Part shown: positions 28,974 to 38,173 of the stretch, piece after piece
Layout of the letters: each line of letters opens with the position of its first letter
Numbering within the stretch: position 1 is the stretch's first letter
DNA from: an uncultured Actinomycetota bacterium
Lineage (GTDB): Bacteria > Actinomycetota > Actinomycetes > Actinomycetales > CAVURS01
Length of the DNA: 64,000 nt
Assembly (NCBI GenBank): GCA_963834425.1
Contig: CAWIBR010000022.1
Coordinates: 11,759 to 75,758 of the forward strand
Direction: 5' to 3'
Position numbers and translations under genes: made by a program
The notes under the pieces: model-generated
Told to the model about the DNA's origin: nothing
The model's input: the letters and a program-made list of their open reading frames with translations, nothing else
Databases searched by the model: none

Positions 28974-28986
28974 CCGAAGCCAGCCG

Positions 28987-29376
28987 TCAGGTCGCGTCCT
29001 CGTCGTACGTCGAAGAGTGGCCGGACGAGGTGCCGGGAGGGCCATCGCCGTTATCCACGACTGGTCGCGGAGCACCGCGACTGACCGGCTTCTCCGGCGC
29101 CGATTGGTCCGCGGCGGCGTCGTCCTCGGACATGAGCGCGTCGCGCACGATCTTGCGCGGGTCGTACTGCCGAGGGTCGAGGGTCTTCCAGTCGATGTCG
29201 TCGAACTCGGGGCCGAGCTGGTCCTTCATCTGGTCGCGGGCGTTGTCGGCCATCGTGCGCACCTGGCGCAACATCCGCGCCGCCTGCGCGGCATAGCCGG
29301 GGAGCTTGTCGGGTCCGAGCACCACGAGCGCGACGCCGGCCAGGACCAGCATCTCGCCGCCGTTGATGTCGAACAC
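28987..29376 (-). CDS. tatB: Sec-independent (Tat) protein translocase subunit TatB
   Basis: GTG at 29376 gives VFDINGGEMLVLAGVALVVLGPDKLPGYAAQAARMLRQVR, followed by an acidic or disordered tail. An alternative GTG at 29394 would add 6 residues. Confidence 0.8.
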   Translation of the reverse strand: MFDINGGEMLVLAGVALVVLGPDKLPGYAAQAARMLRQVRTMADNARDQMKDQLGPEFDDIDWKTLDPRQYDPRKIVRDALMSEDDAAADQSAPEKPVSRGAPRPVVDNGDGPPGTSSGHSSTYDEDAT

Positions 29377-29416
29377 AGGGAGATTGTGCCTCACCGCGCT
29401 GGGGGCGGCGGTCGGC

Positions 29417-30637
29417 TCAGTTGCTGGAGCCCTGCAGCGTCACGCGGACGGTGCGGGACTTCGAGCCGGTGCGCACGGTCAGCGTCACCGAGTCACCGGG
29501 CGCATGAGCCCGGATGGCGACCACGAACGCGTCCTCATCGGTGATCGGCTGCCCGTCCAGGGCGGTGATCACGTCGCCGGGCTTGATGCCGGCGCGATCC
29601 GCGGCGCCGCCCGGCGTGATGACCGACTGGCCCGCGGGCGCCTTGGTCGCAACCCGCACCCCGGCCCCGGTGTAGGTCTGGTCCAACAGCACGCCGATCA
29701 CCGGATGCACGGCCTTGCCGGTCGCGATGAGCTGCTCGGCCGTGATCCGCACCTGGTCGCTGGGGATCGCGAAACCGACGCCGATGCTGCCCGACTGCGC
29801 CCCGGGGGTGCCGCCACCGGGCAGCTGCGCGATCGCAGAGTTGACTCCGATCACGTCCCCGCTCGCGTTGACGAGCGGCCCGCCGGAGTTGCCCGGGTTG
29901 ATCGCCGCGTCGGTCTGGATCGCGTTGATGAACGACGACTGGTCGGCCTCACCACCGGCCGTGACCGGCCGGTTGAGCGCGCTGACGATGCCGGTCGTCA
30001 CCGACCCCTGCAGGCCGAGCGGAGCGCCGACCGCGATCACCGGATCCCCGACGACGACGTCCTTGGACTCCCCGAGCCGCAGCTCGGGCAGTCCGGTCCG
30101 GGCGACCTTGACCACGGCCAGGTCGTACGACGTGTCACTGCCGACGACCGTGCCCTTGCTGCTCCGGCCGTCGGCGAAGACCACGCTGATCGTGCCGCCT
30201 CCGGCCGCGGCCGCGACGACGTGGTTGTTGGTCACGACGTAGCCGTCCGAGCGGAGCACGAAGCCCGACCCGGTGTCGGCCTCCTCGCCGCCGGCCACCT
30301 TGAGCGTGACGACGCTGGGCAGCACGCGGCGTACGACGCCGGCGACCGAGCCCGGTGGCCGGGCGGTCGTGCCACTCGGTGCGGCGAGCAGGGAGACCGA
30401 CCGGTCGCGCCCCGCCTCGTGGTTCTGCCACCAGGCCCCACCGAGGCCGCCCAGCAGACCGGCCACGAGCGCGACAACCGCCACCAGGACGAAGACGACC
30501 CGCAGCGGCCAGGCCGTCGCGGCCCGATGCGACTCGGGGTGCGTCTCGGGGTGAGTCTCGACTACTCCAGGTGGCGGCACGGGTGCACTGGGTACCGGCT
30601 CGGGCTGCACCTCGCTCACCCGGCAATCCTGCACCAC
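29417..30637 (-). CDS. htrA: HtrA/PepD-like S1C serine protease with an N-terminal TM anchor and a C-terminal PDZ domain
   Basis: Motifs: TGSGFVLRSDGYVVTNNHVV (His), YDLAVVKV (Asp), TDAAINPGNSGGPLV (Ser), and a PDZ-like tail ending GDSVTLTV. Several in-frame GTG starts are possible (30637-30607). Confidence 0.9.
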   Translation of the reverse strand: MVQDCRVSEVQPEPVPSAPVPPPGVVETHPETHPESHRAATAWPLRVVFVLVAVVALVAGLLGGLGGAWWQNHEAGRDRSVSLLAAPSGTTARPPGSVAGVVRRVLPSVVTLKVAGGEEADTGSGFVLRSDGYVVTNNHVVAAAAGGGTISVVFADGRSSKGTVVGSDTSYDLAVVKVARTGLPELRLGESKDVVVGDPVIAVGAPLGLQGSVTTGIVSALNRPVTAGGEADQSSFINAIQTDAAINPGNSGGPLVNASGDVIGVNSAIAQLPGGGTPGAQSGSIGVGFAIPSDQVRITAEQLIATGKAVHPVIGVLLDQTYTGAGVRVATKAPAGQSVITPGGAADRAGIKPGDVITALDGQPITDEDAFVVAIRAHAPGDSVTLTVRTGSKSRTVRVTLQGSSN

Positions 30638-30672
30638 TACTGCGGCGCCCGCCTGGAGTCAGCGCTCGGGCG

Positions 30673-31290
30673 TCAGGGAGCGGGGGTGGCGCTGACCGGT
30701 CGAGAGACCCGCTGGAGGGTGCGGCTGACGTCGACGAAGGGGTCGCTCGCGCCGCCGACATTGGTGCTCAGCTGGCTCACCGGGGCGGGCGGCCGGGTGT
30801 CCGAGCCGATCGCCCCGCTCAGCCCGACAACCGCGATGGCCATCGTCGACAGCGCGGCCCCGGCCAGAGCGGCCAGGCGCACGGTGCGCCGGCCACCACG
30901 GAGGTTCTCCCGGTTGCTGCGACCGGCCGGGCGGCTGCCCTGCGGACGGCCGGCAGCCGGCCGGCCGGGCACGGTCGCGATCGGGCGGGGCGTTCCGCCA
31001 CTGCGCGGCTGTCCGGGCAGGTGCGCCGGCCGGGGCGGGATCGGTCCGCCGGGCTCGGCCATCGCCAGCAGCCGGGCGGTCAGGGCGCTCGACATGGCCG
31101 GCGCCGGGAGCGCGGCGAGGCGGGACTTCAACAGCCGGGCGGTCTCGACCTCCTCGCGGCACTCCTCGCAACCGGCGATGTGCACCAGGGCCCGGTCGCG
31201 GGTGTCGTCGGCCAGGGCACCGTCGACCAGCGAGCTGACCCGCTCACCGAGGTGCGGGCCGACCGGTGGGGTCATCGGTCGGGGGTTCAC
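30673..31290 (-). CDS. rseA: anti-sigma-E factor RseA (zf-HC2-type anti-sigma domain plus TM segment)
   Basis: Motif: [37 protein letters not shown], followed later by the TM segment [19 protein letters not shown]. The GTG start forms a GTGA overlap with the sigE stop. Confidence 0.8.
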   Translation of the reverse strand: MNPRPMTPPVGPHLGERVSSLVDGALADDTRDRALVHIAGCEECREEVETARLLKSRLAALPAPAMSSALTARLLAMAEPGGPIPPRPAHLPGQPRSGGTPRPIATVPGRPAAGRPQGSRPAGRSNRENLRGGRRTVRLAALAGAALSTMAIAVVGLSGAIGSDTRPPAPVSQLSTNVGGASDPFVDVSRTLQRVSRPVSATPAP

Positions 31291-31982
31291 GGCAGGTCGC
31301 CGATCTCCTGGGTCGCCTGGGTCGCCGATGCCGCCGAGCGCGGCGCCCGGTGGGCCAGCGCCTCCCGCAGCTGGGCCCGGCCGCGATGGATCCGCGAGCG
31401 CACGGTGCCGAGCTTGATGCCCAGCGTGGCCGCGATCTCCTCGTAGGTCAGGCCCTCGATGTCACACAACACGACGGCCGCGCGGAAGTCCGGAGGCAGG
31501 GCATCCAGGGCGGCCTGCACGTCGTCGTCCAGGTGAGTGTCGTCGTAGGCCCTCGACGGGTCCGGCTCGCGTCCGGGCATCCGGGCGTCGGCGTCCTCGG
31601 CCAGGGCGTCGAAGCGGATCCGCTTCTTGCGGCGTACCTGGTCCAGGAAGAGGTTGGTGGTGATCCGGTGCAGCCAGCCCTCGAACGTGCCCGGCGTGTA
31701 GGTCGACAGGCTGCGGAAGACCCGGACGAAGACCTCCTGGGTGAGGTCCTCGGCGTCGTGGACGTTGCCGGTCAGGCGGTAGGCCAGGCGGTAGACGCGG
31801 GCGGAATGCTGCTCCACGACCTCCTGCCAGGTCGGGGGGACCCAGACCTCGACGGTGTCCACGCTCACTCCTTGCACCGGAGGCACAGGGTGCACGGCCG
31901 GTCGGTCGGCTGCTCGGACTGCTGGTCCGTTCACTGGCCGGACGGTCCGCTCATCGGACGTCCGTTCCAGCATGGCCAACAT
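31287..31982 (-). CDS. sigE: ECF RNA polymerase sigma factor SigE
   Basis: Region 2: [28 protein letters not shown] and [15 protein letters not shown]. Region 4: [30 protein letters not shown]. The start is uncertain (ATG 31982 or 31973; the ORF extends to 32063). Confidence 0.85.
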   Translation of the reverse strand: MLAMLERTSDERTVRPVNGPAVRAADRPAVHPVPPVQGVSVDTVEVWVPPTWQEVVEQHSARVYRLAYRLTGNVHDAEDLTQEVFVRVFRSLSTYTPGTFEGWLHRITTNLFLDQVRRKKRIRFDALAEDADARMPGREPDPSRAYDDTHLDDDVQAALDALPPDFRAAVVLCDIEGLTYEEIAATLGIKLGTVRSRIHRGRAQLREALAHRAPRSAASATQATQEIGDLP

Positions 31983-32101
31983 CGTCACCTGTCCTGCCCT
32001 TCCCGGTCTACGGTCCCCGCCCGTACGGCGGGTGTCTCCACGCGCCGCCGGGCGAACCTGCACGGCGTCTTCACGACTGTCGCTCTCTCACTTGCCGGGA
32101 G

Positions 32102-32127
32102 AACGGCGGGGGTGGCGTCCGGGTTCC
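32102..32127 (-). promoter_or_regulatory. Putative ECF (SigE-type) autoregulated promoter: GGAACC-16 nt-CGTT on the minus strand upstream of sigE
   Basis: On the minus strand the -35 GGAACC corresponds to plus 32122-32127 and the CGTT to plus 32102-32105. A second GGGAAC copy lies 6 nt further upstream. The GGAAC / CGTT pattern is the general group-IV sigma promoter architecture. Confidence 0.4.
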
Positions 32128-32149
32128 CGCCGCCGTTCCCGCACTAGGG

Positions 32150-32812
32150 TTGGCAACTCAATCCAACAGGGAGGCCGCCATCACCGGACAGAAGCCCGCC
32201 ACCTGGGCGTACGCGGAGGGGTTCATCGAGGAGGACGAGATCTTCGAGCGGGCCCGCGCGCGGGCCGAGGAGCTCGGCTGCGTGCCGGTGCAGCAAGGCG
32301 TCGGGGCCGCGCTCCGCGTGCTCGCCGCCGCCCTGGCCGCGCGCACGGTCGTCGAGATCGGCACCGGCACCGGCGTCTCCGGGCTCTGGCTGCTCGGCGG
32401 CATGCCCACCGACGGCGTGCTCACCAGCATCGACATCGAGACCGAGCACCAGAAGGCGGCCCGGGACGCGTTCGCCGAGGCCGGCATCGCCCCGAACCGG
32501 ACCCGGCTGATCAGCGGCCCGGCCCTGGAGGTGCTGCCGCGGCTGACCGACGGTGCCTACGACCTGGTGCTCTGCGACGCCGACAAGCGCGAGTACGCCG
32601 AGTACCTCGAGCAGGGCGTCCGGCTGTTGCGTCCGGGCGGCGTGCTGGCGTTCGACAACGCGCTCTGGCACGACCGGGTGGCCGACCCGGCGCAGCGCGA
32701 TGAGTCGACGACGACCATCCGCGAGCTGGGCAAGGCGGTCCGCGACGACCCCCGACTGATCTCGGCGATGCTCCCCTGCGGCGACGGCCTCTTGACCTCC
32801 GTCAAGCGCTAG
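32150..32812 (+). CDS. class I SAM-dependent O-methyltransferase (caffeoyl-CoA OMT-like family)
   Basis: Motifs: VVEIGTGTGVSGLWLL, LVLCDADKREYAEY, LLRPGGVLAFDNALW. The start is TTG. It is divergent from sigE, as I recall for mycobacteria. Confidence 0.85.
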   Translation: MATQSNREAAITGQKPATWAYAEGFIEEDEIFERARARAEELGCVPVQQGVGAALRVLAAALAARTVVEIGTGTGVSGLWLLGGMPTDGVLTSIDIETEHQKAARDAFAEAGIAPNRTRLISGPALEVLPRLTDGAYDLVLCDADKREYAEYLEQGVRLLRPGGVLAFDNALWHDRVADPAQRDESTTTIRELGKAVRDDPRLISAMLPCGDGLLTSVKR

Positions 32813-32831
32813 CCGCGCGAGCTCGCGCGGA

Positions 32832-34373
32832 TCAGAGGGTCTGGAGCCAGCGCAGGAGCAGGCGGGCGCCGAAGCCGGTGCCGCCCCGGTTGACCTCGCC
32901 CCGGTCGCGATCCGAGCGCCCGGGCCCGGCGATGTCGAGATGGGCCCACGGCACGTCGCCGGCGAACTCGCGCAGGAAGAGCGCCGCCATCACCGAGCCC
33001 GCGCCGACCGAGCGATCGGTCGAGATCTGGCACAGGTCCGCGACGTCGGAGTCGATCAGCTCGCGGTAATCCTCGACCAGCGGCATCGGCCAGAGCCGCT
33101 CCCCGGCCCCGTCGCCGGCGCGGACGAGGGCGCGGCTGAGCCGGTCGTCGGTGGCATAGAGCGCGGCGTAGGAGCGGCCGAGGGCCTGGGTGGCTGCCCC
33201 CGTGAGCGTGGCGATGTCGATCATGATGTCCGGCCGCAGGTGGGCCCGCGCGTAGCCCATCGCGTCGGCCAGGACCATCCGCCCCTCGGCGTCGGTGTTG
33301 CGGACCTCGACCGTGGTCCCGTCGTAGGTCCGCACGACATCGGCCGGCCGGTAGCTGCCCGCGCCGAACGCGTTCTCGGCCAACGGCATCAGGCCAGTGA
33401 CCCGAGCCTGTACGCCGAGCTCCCGGCACGCCGCGAGGACGGCGAGCACGACGGCCGAGCCGGTCATGTCGGTCGTCATGCCGAGCATGGCCTCGCGGGG
33501 CTTGAGCGAGATGCCGCCGGTGTCGAAGGTGATGCCCTTGCCGACCAGGACGACGTGCGGGCGCCCCGCAGCCGACCGGCCCGTCGGCCGATGGTCCAGC
33601 TGGACCAGCCGCGGTCCGCGCTCGGCGCCGCCGCCGACGGCCAGGATGGCCGCGAACCCCTCGCGGCGCAGGTCGGCCTCGGACCAGACCTGGGCGCTCA
33701 GTCCACTGGAGCGGGCCACCCGGGTCGCGCGGGCGGCCAGCCAGGCCGGGCCCTTGGTCGACGAGCGGGTGTTGGCCAGGTCGCGAGCCAGGATCGTCGC
33801 GCCGGCCGAGGCCACACCGCGGCGTACGGCGTCGGCCTGGTCGGCGTCCGGCAAACCGGCGAGCTGCACGCGGGAGATCCCGGTCCAGGGTTCGGCCGCC
33901 TTCTTGCCCTCGCGGGCGACCCGGTAGGCGCCGAGCAGCACGCCCTCGGCGACCGCCTCCGCGACCTCATTCGATGCACCGGCGGCCAGGGTCGTGACGA
34001 GCAGCGTGACCCCGCGCAGCGACCGGGCCAGCACGGCAGCAGCGGTCCGCAGAGCGCCCGGCGAGCCGTCGCCGATGCCGACCAGCAGGACCTGGCCGGG
34101 CAGCGATCCCGCGGCCAGCGACGACCCGCCGAGCGGCACCCTGGTCAGGTCACCCGCTGCGGTCCCGGCCCGTTCCCGCTCGGCCACGGCCGGCAGGTCG
34201 ATCCCGAGCCGCGTGGCCAGGGCGCCCGAGCCCCGCGCCGCCCGCGGACCGGAGGACCCGCGACGAATGGCGATCGCCACCGCGGTGTCGGCCGAGCCGA
34301 GCACTCGTTGTGGGAGGTCGGCCGCCTCGCCGGGCAGCACCTCGACGCGCGGCGTGCGCACGGAAGGGCTCAC
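32832..34373 (-). CDS. pepA: leucyl aminopeptidase (M17 family)
   Basis: Motifs: VLVGKGITFDTGGISLKP, NTDAEGRMVLADA, DIATLTGA. Confidence 0.9.
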   Translation of the reverse strand: MSPSVRTPRVEVLPGEAADLPQRVLGSADTAVAIAIRRGSSGPRAARGSGALATRLGIDLPAVAERERAGTAAGDLTRVPLGGSSLAAGSLPGQVLLVGIGDGSPGALRTAAAVLARSLRGVTLLVTTLAAGASNEVAEAVAEGVLLGAYRVAREGKKAAEPWTGISRVQLAGLPDADQADAVRRGVASAGATILARDLANTRSSTKGPAWLAARATRVARSSGLSAQVWSEADLRREGFAAILAVGGGAERGPRLVQLDHRPTGRSAAGRPHVVLVGKGITFDTGGISLKPREAMLGMTTDMTGSAVVLAVLAACRELGVQARVTGLMPLAENAFGAGSYRPADVVRTYDGTTVEVRNTDAEGRMVLADAMGYARAHLRPDIMIDIATLTGAATQALGRSYAALYATDDRLSRALVRAGDGAGERLWPMPLVEDYRELIDSDVADLCQISTDRSVGAGSVMAALFLREFAGDVPWAHLDIAGPGRSDRDRGEVNRGGTGFGARLLLRWLQTL

Positions 34374-34425
34374 CGGTGCCGGTTGGGAGCGATAGGTCGC
34401 GAAATGGGAGGGACGGCGGCCGGCG

Positions 34426-34593
34426 TCAGCCGGCTGCGGTCTTCAGTGCGTCGCCGAGGTTGTTGGCCTCATCCGGCGTCATCTCGACGACCAGCCGGCC
34501 ACCACCCTCGAGCGGGACGCGCATGACGATGCCACGGCCTTCCTTCGTCACCTCGAGTGGACCGTCGCCGGTCCTCGGCTTCATGGCCGCCAT
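34426..34593 (-). CDS. DUF3117 domain-containing small protein (55 aa), absent from the supplied ORF track
   Basis: Hand translation of the minus strand gives MAAMKPRTGDGPLEVTKEGRGIVMRVPLEGGGRLVVEMTPDEANNLGDALKTAAG-stop. A GAGGGGAG Shine-Dalgarno sequence lies 6 nt upstream. The sequence matches the small conserved actinobacterial family I remember. Confidence 0.8.
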   Translation of the reverse strand: MAAMKPRTGDGPLEVTKEGRGIVMRVPLEGGGRLVVEMTPDEANNLGDALKTAAG

Positions 34594-34703
34594 GCGGCTC
34601 CCCTCTCGTCAACGCACCGTGCTTCCACATGGCCCCACGACGGAAGCCCGGTCATCAGCAAGGCACCAGTATCCCGCCTGGCGCACCCGCCGGGAAATCG
34701 AGG

Positions 34704-35564
34704 GTGACCGCGGGGGTGCGGGAGACTGTCCGGGTGCAGGCCCGGTCCGCCCTCTTCGACGTTTACGGCGACCACCTGCGCCGACGCGGCGGCAGTGCTC
34801 CGGTGGCTGCGTTGATCCGGCTGCTCGCGGCGGTCGACATCGCCGCGCCGGCCGTGCGGACCGCGATCTCCCGGATGGTGCGGCAGGGCTGGCTGGCCCC
34901 CGTCCGGACGGCCGATGGCCCGGGTTACGAGCTGACCGACCGGGCCGGCCGACGGCTGGACGACGCCTACACCCGGATCTACCGCACCGACGCGCACCCC
35001 TGGGACGGCTGCTGGCACCTGCTCGTGGCCGATCGGCCGGCCAGCCGCAGCGCCCGCGAGCGGGTGGCGGCCGGCCTGGCCTTCCTGGGCTACGGCCCGC
35101 TCGGCGGCGGCACCTGGGTCGCCGCCCGGACTCATCCGGACGCCACCGCGGTCCTGGCCGGGGAGGGCGTCCGCGCCGAGGCCTTCGTCGCGACGTACGA
35201 CGGGACGGGGCCGGCGCTGGCCGGCCGGGCCTGGGACCTGGCCGCCCTGGCCGCGGCGTACGAGCGGTTCGAGGTGGAGGCGCGCGCCCTGCTGGCCGGG
35301 GTCGATCCGGTCACGGCCGGGGACCGCGCGGCGTTCGCGACCCGGACCGAGCTGGTCCACGCCTGGCGCAAGTTCCTCTTCCTCGACCCGGGGCTGCCCG
35401 CCGAGGTGCTGCCGACAGACTGGCCCGGGCATCGTGCGGCGCGGCTGTTCGACGCGGCCGCCGAGGATCTGTTGCCCGCGGCCGGCCGGTACGTCGACAC
35501 CTGCCTGGGCGCCCGCGGTGAAGTGACCGACGTGACTGAAGTGACCGAACCGAGCGGACGGTGA
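34704..35564 (+). CDS. paaX: PaaX family transcriptional regulator
   Basis: Motifs: RSALFDVYGDHLRRRGGSAPVAALIRLLAAVDIAAPAVRTAISRMVRQGWL, and C-terminal HAWRKFLFLDPGLP. The start is uncertain (I chose GTG 34704; the ORF opens at 34557). Confidence 0.75.
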   Translation: MTAGVRETVRVQARSALFDVYGDHLRRRGGSAPVAALIRLLAAVDIAAPAVRTAISRMVRQGWLAPVRTADGPGYELTDRAGRRLDDAYTRIYRTDAHPWDGCWHLLVADRPASRSARERVAAGLAFLGYGPLGGGTWVAARTHPDATAVLAGEGVRAEAFVATYDGTGPALAGRAWDLAALAAAYERFEVEARALLAGVDPVTAGDRAAFATRTELVHAWRKFLFLDPGLPAEVLPTDWPGHRAARLFDAAAEDLLPAAGRYVDTCLGARGEVTDVTEVTEPSGR

Positions 35565-35567
35565 GCG

Positions 35568-36377
35568 GTGAGCACAGCGACAGGTGACGAGGTCCGCTGG
35601 ACGACGAGCGGCGAGGACGGCGCGGTCGCCACGATCACGCTCAACCGGCCGGACCGGCTCAACTCGCTCGACACCGCGACCAAGGAAGCCCTGCTGGCCG
35701 CCCTGGAACGGGCCGCTGGCGACGAGAGCGTGCGCTGCGTGGTGCTGACCGGCACCGGACGCGGTTTCAGCGCGGGGCAGGACCTCAAGGACCACGTCAC
35801 GAACCTCGCCGCCGACCCCGCGGCCGTGATGTCGACCGTGGCCCAGCACTTCAACCCGATCGCGATGCTGCTGGCCACCATGCCCAAGCCGGTCGTAGCA
35901 GCCGTCAACGGCATCGCCGCCGGTGCCGGCGCCTCGCTGGCGATGGCCTGCGACATCCGCCTGGTCGCCCGCAGCGGCGGGTTCAACCTGGCCTTCGCCG
36001 GTGTGGCGCTGTCGTGCGACACGGGTTCGTCCTGGTGGTTGCCGCGGCTGGTCGGTGTGGCCCGGGCCAAGGAGCTGCTCCTGCTGCCCCGCACGGTGGG
36101 AGCCGACGAGGCGTTGCAGATCGGCCTGGCGACCCGGGTCGTCGACGACGAGGCGCTGCCGGCCGAGACCGCAGCGTTGGCCGAGCAGCTCGCGGCCGGG
36201 CCGACCCTGGCCTACGCCTCGATCCGGCAGGCCGTGGCGTTCTCGGCCGGGCATGACCTGCCGACCTCACTCGACCACGAGGAGGGGTTGATGCGCCTGA
36301 CCGGGGCGAGCGCCGACCATCAGGTCGCCGTCGCCGCGTTCCTCGCCAAGGAGCGCCCGCGCTACACCGGCCACTGA
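35568..36377 (+). CDS. enoyl-CoA hydratase/isomerase (crotonase) family protein, PaaG-like by context
   Basis: Motifs: ITLNRPDRLNSL, VLTGTGRGFSAGQDLKD, AAVNGIAAGAGASLAMACD. Confidence 0.85.
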   Translation: MSTATGDEVRWTTSGEDGAVATITLNRPDRLNSLDTATKEALLAALERAAGDESVRCVVLTGTGRGFSAGQDLKDHVTNLAADPAAVMSTVAQHFNPIAMLLATMPKPVVAAVNGIAAGAGASLAMACDIRLVARSGGFNLAFAGVALSCDTGSSWWLPRLVGVARAKELLLLPRTVGADEALQIGLATRVVDDEALPAETAALAEQLAAGPTLAYASIRQAVAFSAGHDLPTSLDHEEGLMRLTGASADHQVAVAAFLAKERPRYTGH

Positions 36378-36393
36378 CGTCGGTGGCCGTGGA

Positions 36394-37554
36394 TTACGGC
36401 GGGAGGTCGGTCGGAGGCACGAACTTCAGCAGCCAGAAGACCCACACGATCTGCCCGATCATGAAGGTGACGATCACCAGCGCCACGATGCTGGCGCGCA
36501 GCCGAGGTCGCCGGACCGGGCTCAGCCCGAGCAGCGCGAGCGGGAAGAGCAGCAGCGCGTAACGGAAGATGCTGGTCCACGGCTCCAGGACCGCCGCGAG
36601 GTAGGCCGCGTAGGCCAGGGTCCAGGTGCGCAGCTCGGGTCCGAGCGGGCGGGCCCAGGGCCCGAGGACCGCGGCCAGGATCAGGACGCCCAGCCCGATC
36701 AGCGCACCGGCCGCGTAGACCTGGTTGTGGATCAGGTAGGTCGCGATGAACCACCAGGGATGGAAGTACTCCACCTTGCCCGCGCTGCGCCAGGTGCTCG
36801 CCGTCAGGCTGTACGCCGAGCGCACGCCGGTCAGCCGCCAGGCGATGAACGGCCAGAGGCCGGCCGACGCGGCCGAGACCAGCCCCAGAACCACGACGGC
36901 GACGACCTGTCGCGGCGGGAACGGCTCCCGCTCCCGGTCTCGCCAGTGGTCGCGCCAGCGCAGCAGGAAGTGCACCAGCACGACGGCGGCGAAGGGCAGC
37001 ACGACCGGCCGGGTCAGGGCCAGACCTACGACGACGGGCAGGGCCAGGAGATAGCGCCGCTGCACCAGCAACAGCAGCGCCGAGGCCAGCAACAGCAGCG
37101 CGAACGACTCGGTGTAGCTGATCTGCAGCACCGGGCTGGACGGGAAGACGGCGACCACGAGCATCCCGACCAGGGCGGCCTTGGGGCCGACGTACCGCTT
37201 GAAGAGTTGATAGATGACAAGCATCGCCAACGTGCCCAGCACCAGGCTGGTCATCGCGCCGGCCACCGGGAAGCCCAGACCGGTCACGGACATGACCCCG
37301 CGGACCAGGAACGGGTACGCCGGGTAGAACGCCAGCGCGTTCTGCTGGAGGTTGCCCTGCGCGTCGTAGGGCAGCGAGTGGGGGTAGCCGTGCTCGGCGA
37401 TCTGGCGGTACCAGGTGCCGTCCCACTGGACGCCGAGGTCGAAGTAGCCGGGGTGGGCCGAGGTCCACATGTTCGGCACCTGGCCGCGCGCGGCCACAAT
37501 GATGATGCCCGCGACCCAGAGCCGGGTCAGGCCGTAGACGATCAGGACCTGCAC
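36394..37554 (-). CDS. polytopic membrane protein, putative GT-C-type glycosyl/mannosyltransferase (PIG-V-like)
   Basis: 386 aa with ~9-10 TM segments and a loop motif NALAFYPAYPFLVR. The function is only a family-level guess. Confidence 0.5.
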   Translation of the reverse strand: MQVLIVYGLTRLWVAGIIIVAARGQVPNMWTSAHPGYFDLGVQWDGTWYRQIAEHGYPHSLPYDAQGNLQQNALAFYPAYPFLVRGVMSVTGLGFPVAGAMTSLVLGTLAMLVIYQLFKRYVGPKAALVGMLVVAVFPSSPVLQISYTESFALLLLASALLLLVQRRYLLALPVVVGLALTRPVVLPFAAVVLVHFLLRWRDHWRDREREPFPPRQVVAVVVLGLVSAASAGLWPFIAWRLTGVRSAYSLTASTWRSAGKVEYFHPWWFIATYLIHNQVYAAGALIGLGVLILAAVLGPWARPLGPELRTWTLAYAAYLAAVLEPWTSIFRYALLLFPLALLGLSPVRRPRLRASIVALVIVTFMIGQIVWVFWLLKFVPPTDLPP

Positions 37555-37587
37555 CCACCAGGGCAGGCTCAGCAGGCGCTTAACGAC

Positions 37588-38173
37588 TCAGCCCGCCGCG
37601 GCGCGCGCGTGACACCCGACCAGGTGGTCGTTCACCAGACCGCAGGCCTGCATCGCGGCGTACGCCGTCGTGGGGCCGACGAAGACGAAGCCGTTGCGTT
37701 TCAACGCTTTGGCGAGCGCGATCGACTCAGGAGTCTTGGCCGGCACGTCGGCGAACGAGCGCGGAGCGCGGCGGCGGCCGGTCGGTGCGTGCGACCACAC
37801 CAGCTGCTCCAACCCGCCGGATTCGCGCATCCGCAGCACGGCCGCGGCGTTGGCGATCGCGGCGTCGACCTTCGCGTTGTTGCGCACGATGCCCGGGTCG
37901 GCCATCAACCGGGCCCGGTCCTTGGCGCCGTAGCGAGCGACCACCTCGGCATCGAAGCCGGCGAAGGCCGCTCGGAAGGCCGGCCGCTTGCGCAGGATGG
38001 TCAGCCAGGACAGGCCGGACTGGAAGGCCTCCAAGCGTGAACCGTTCGTACAGCGCGCTCTCACCGTGAACCGCGCGGCCCCACTCGATGTCGTGGTACG
38101 CCGTGTAGTCCGGCGTGCTGACCCCCCAAGCGCACCGGGCCAGGCCGTCTTCGCCCTTCACCAAGCCGCTCAC
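37588..38173 (-). pseudogene. tag: DNA-3-methyladenine glycosylase I (Tag), with one frame break at ~38021
   Basis: GTG at 38173 follows GGAGGG and gives VSGLVKGEDGLARCAWGVSTPDYTAYHDIEWGRAVHGESALYERFTL. After the frame switch it continues EAFQSGLSWLTILRKRPAFRAAF...FVGPTTAYAAMQACGLVNDHLVGC (ORF 37588..38064). Confidence 0.85.

Noticed and set aside
29366-29381. The SOS-box-like half site tgtcgaacacaggg at the tatB start.
   Set aside because: Only one TCGAAC half is present. The partner position reads ggagat instead of GTTCGA. The site lies inside coding sequence or at the start codon.
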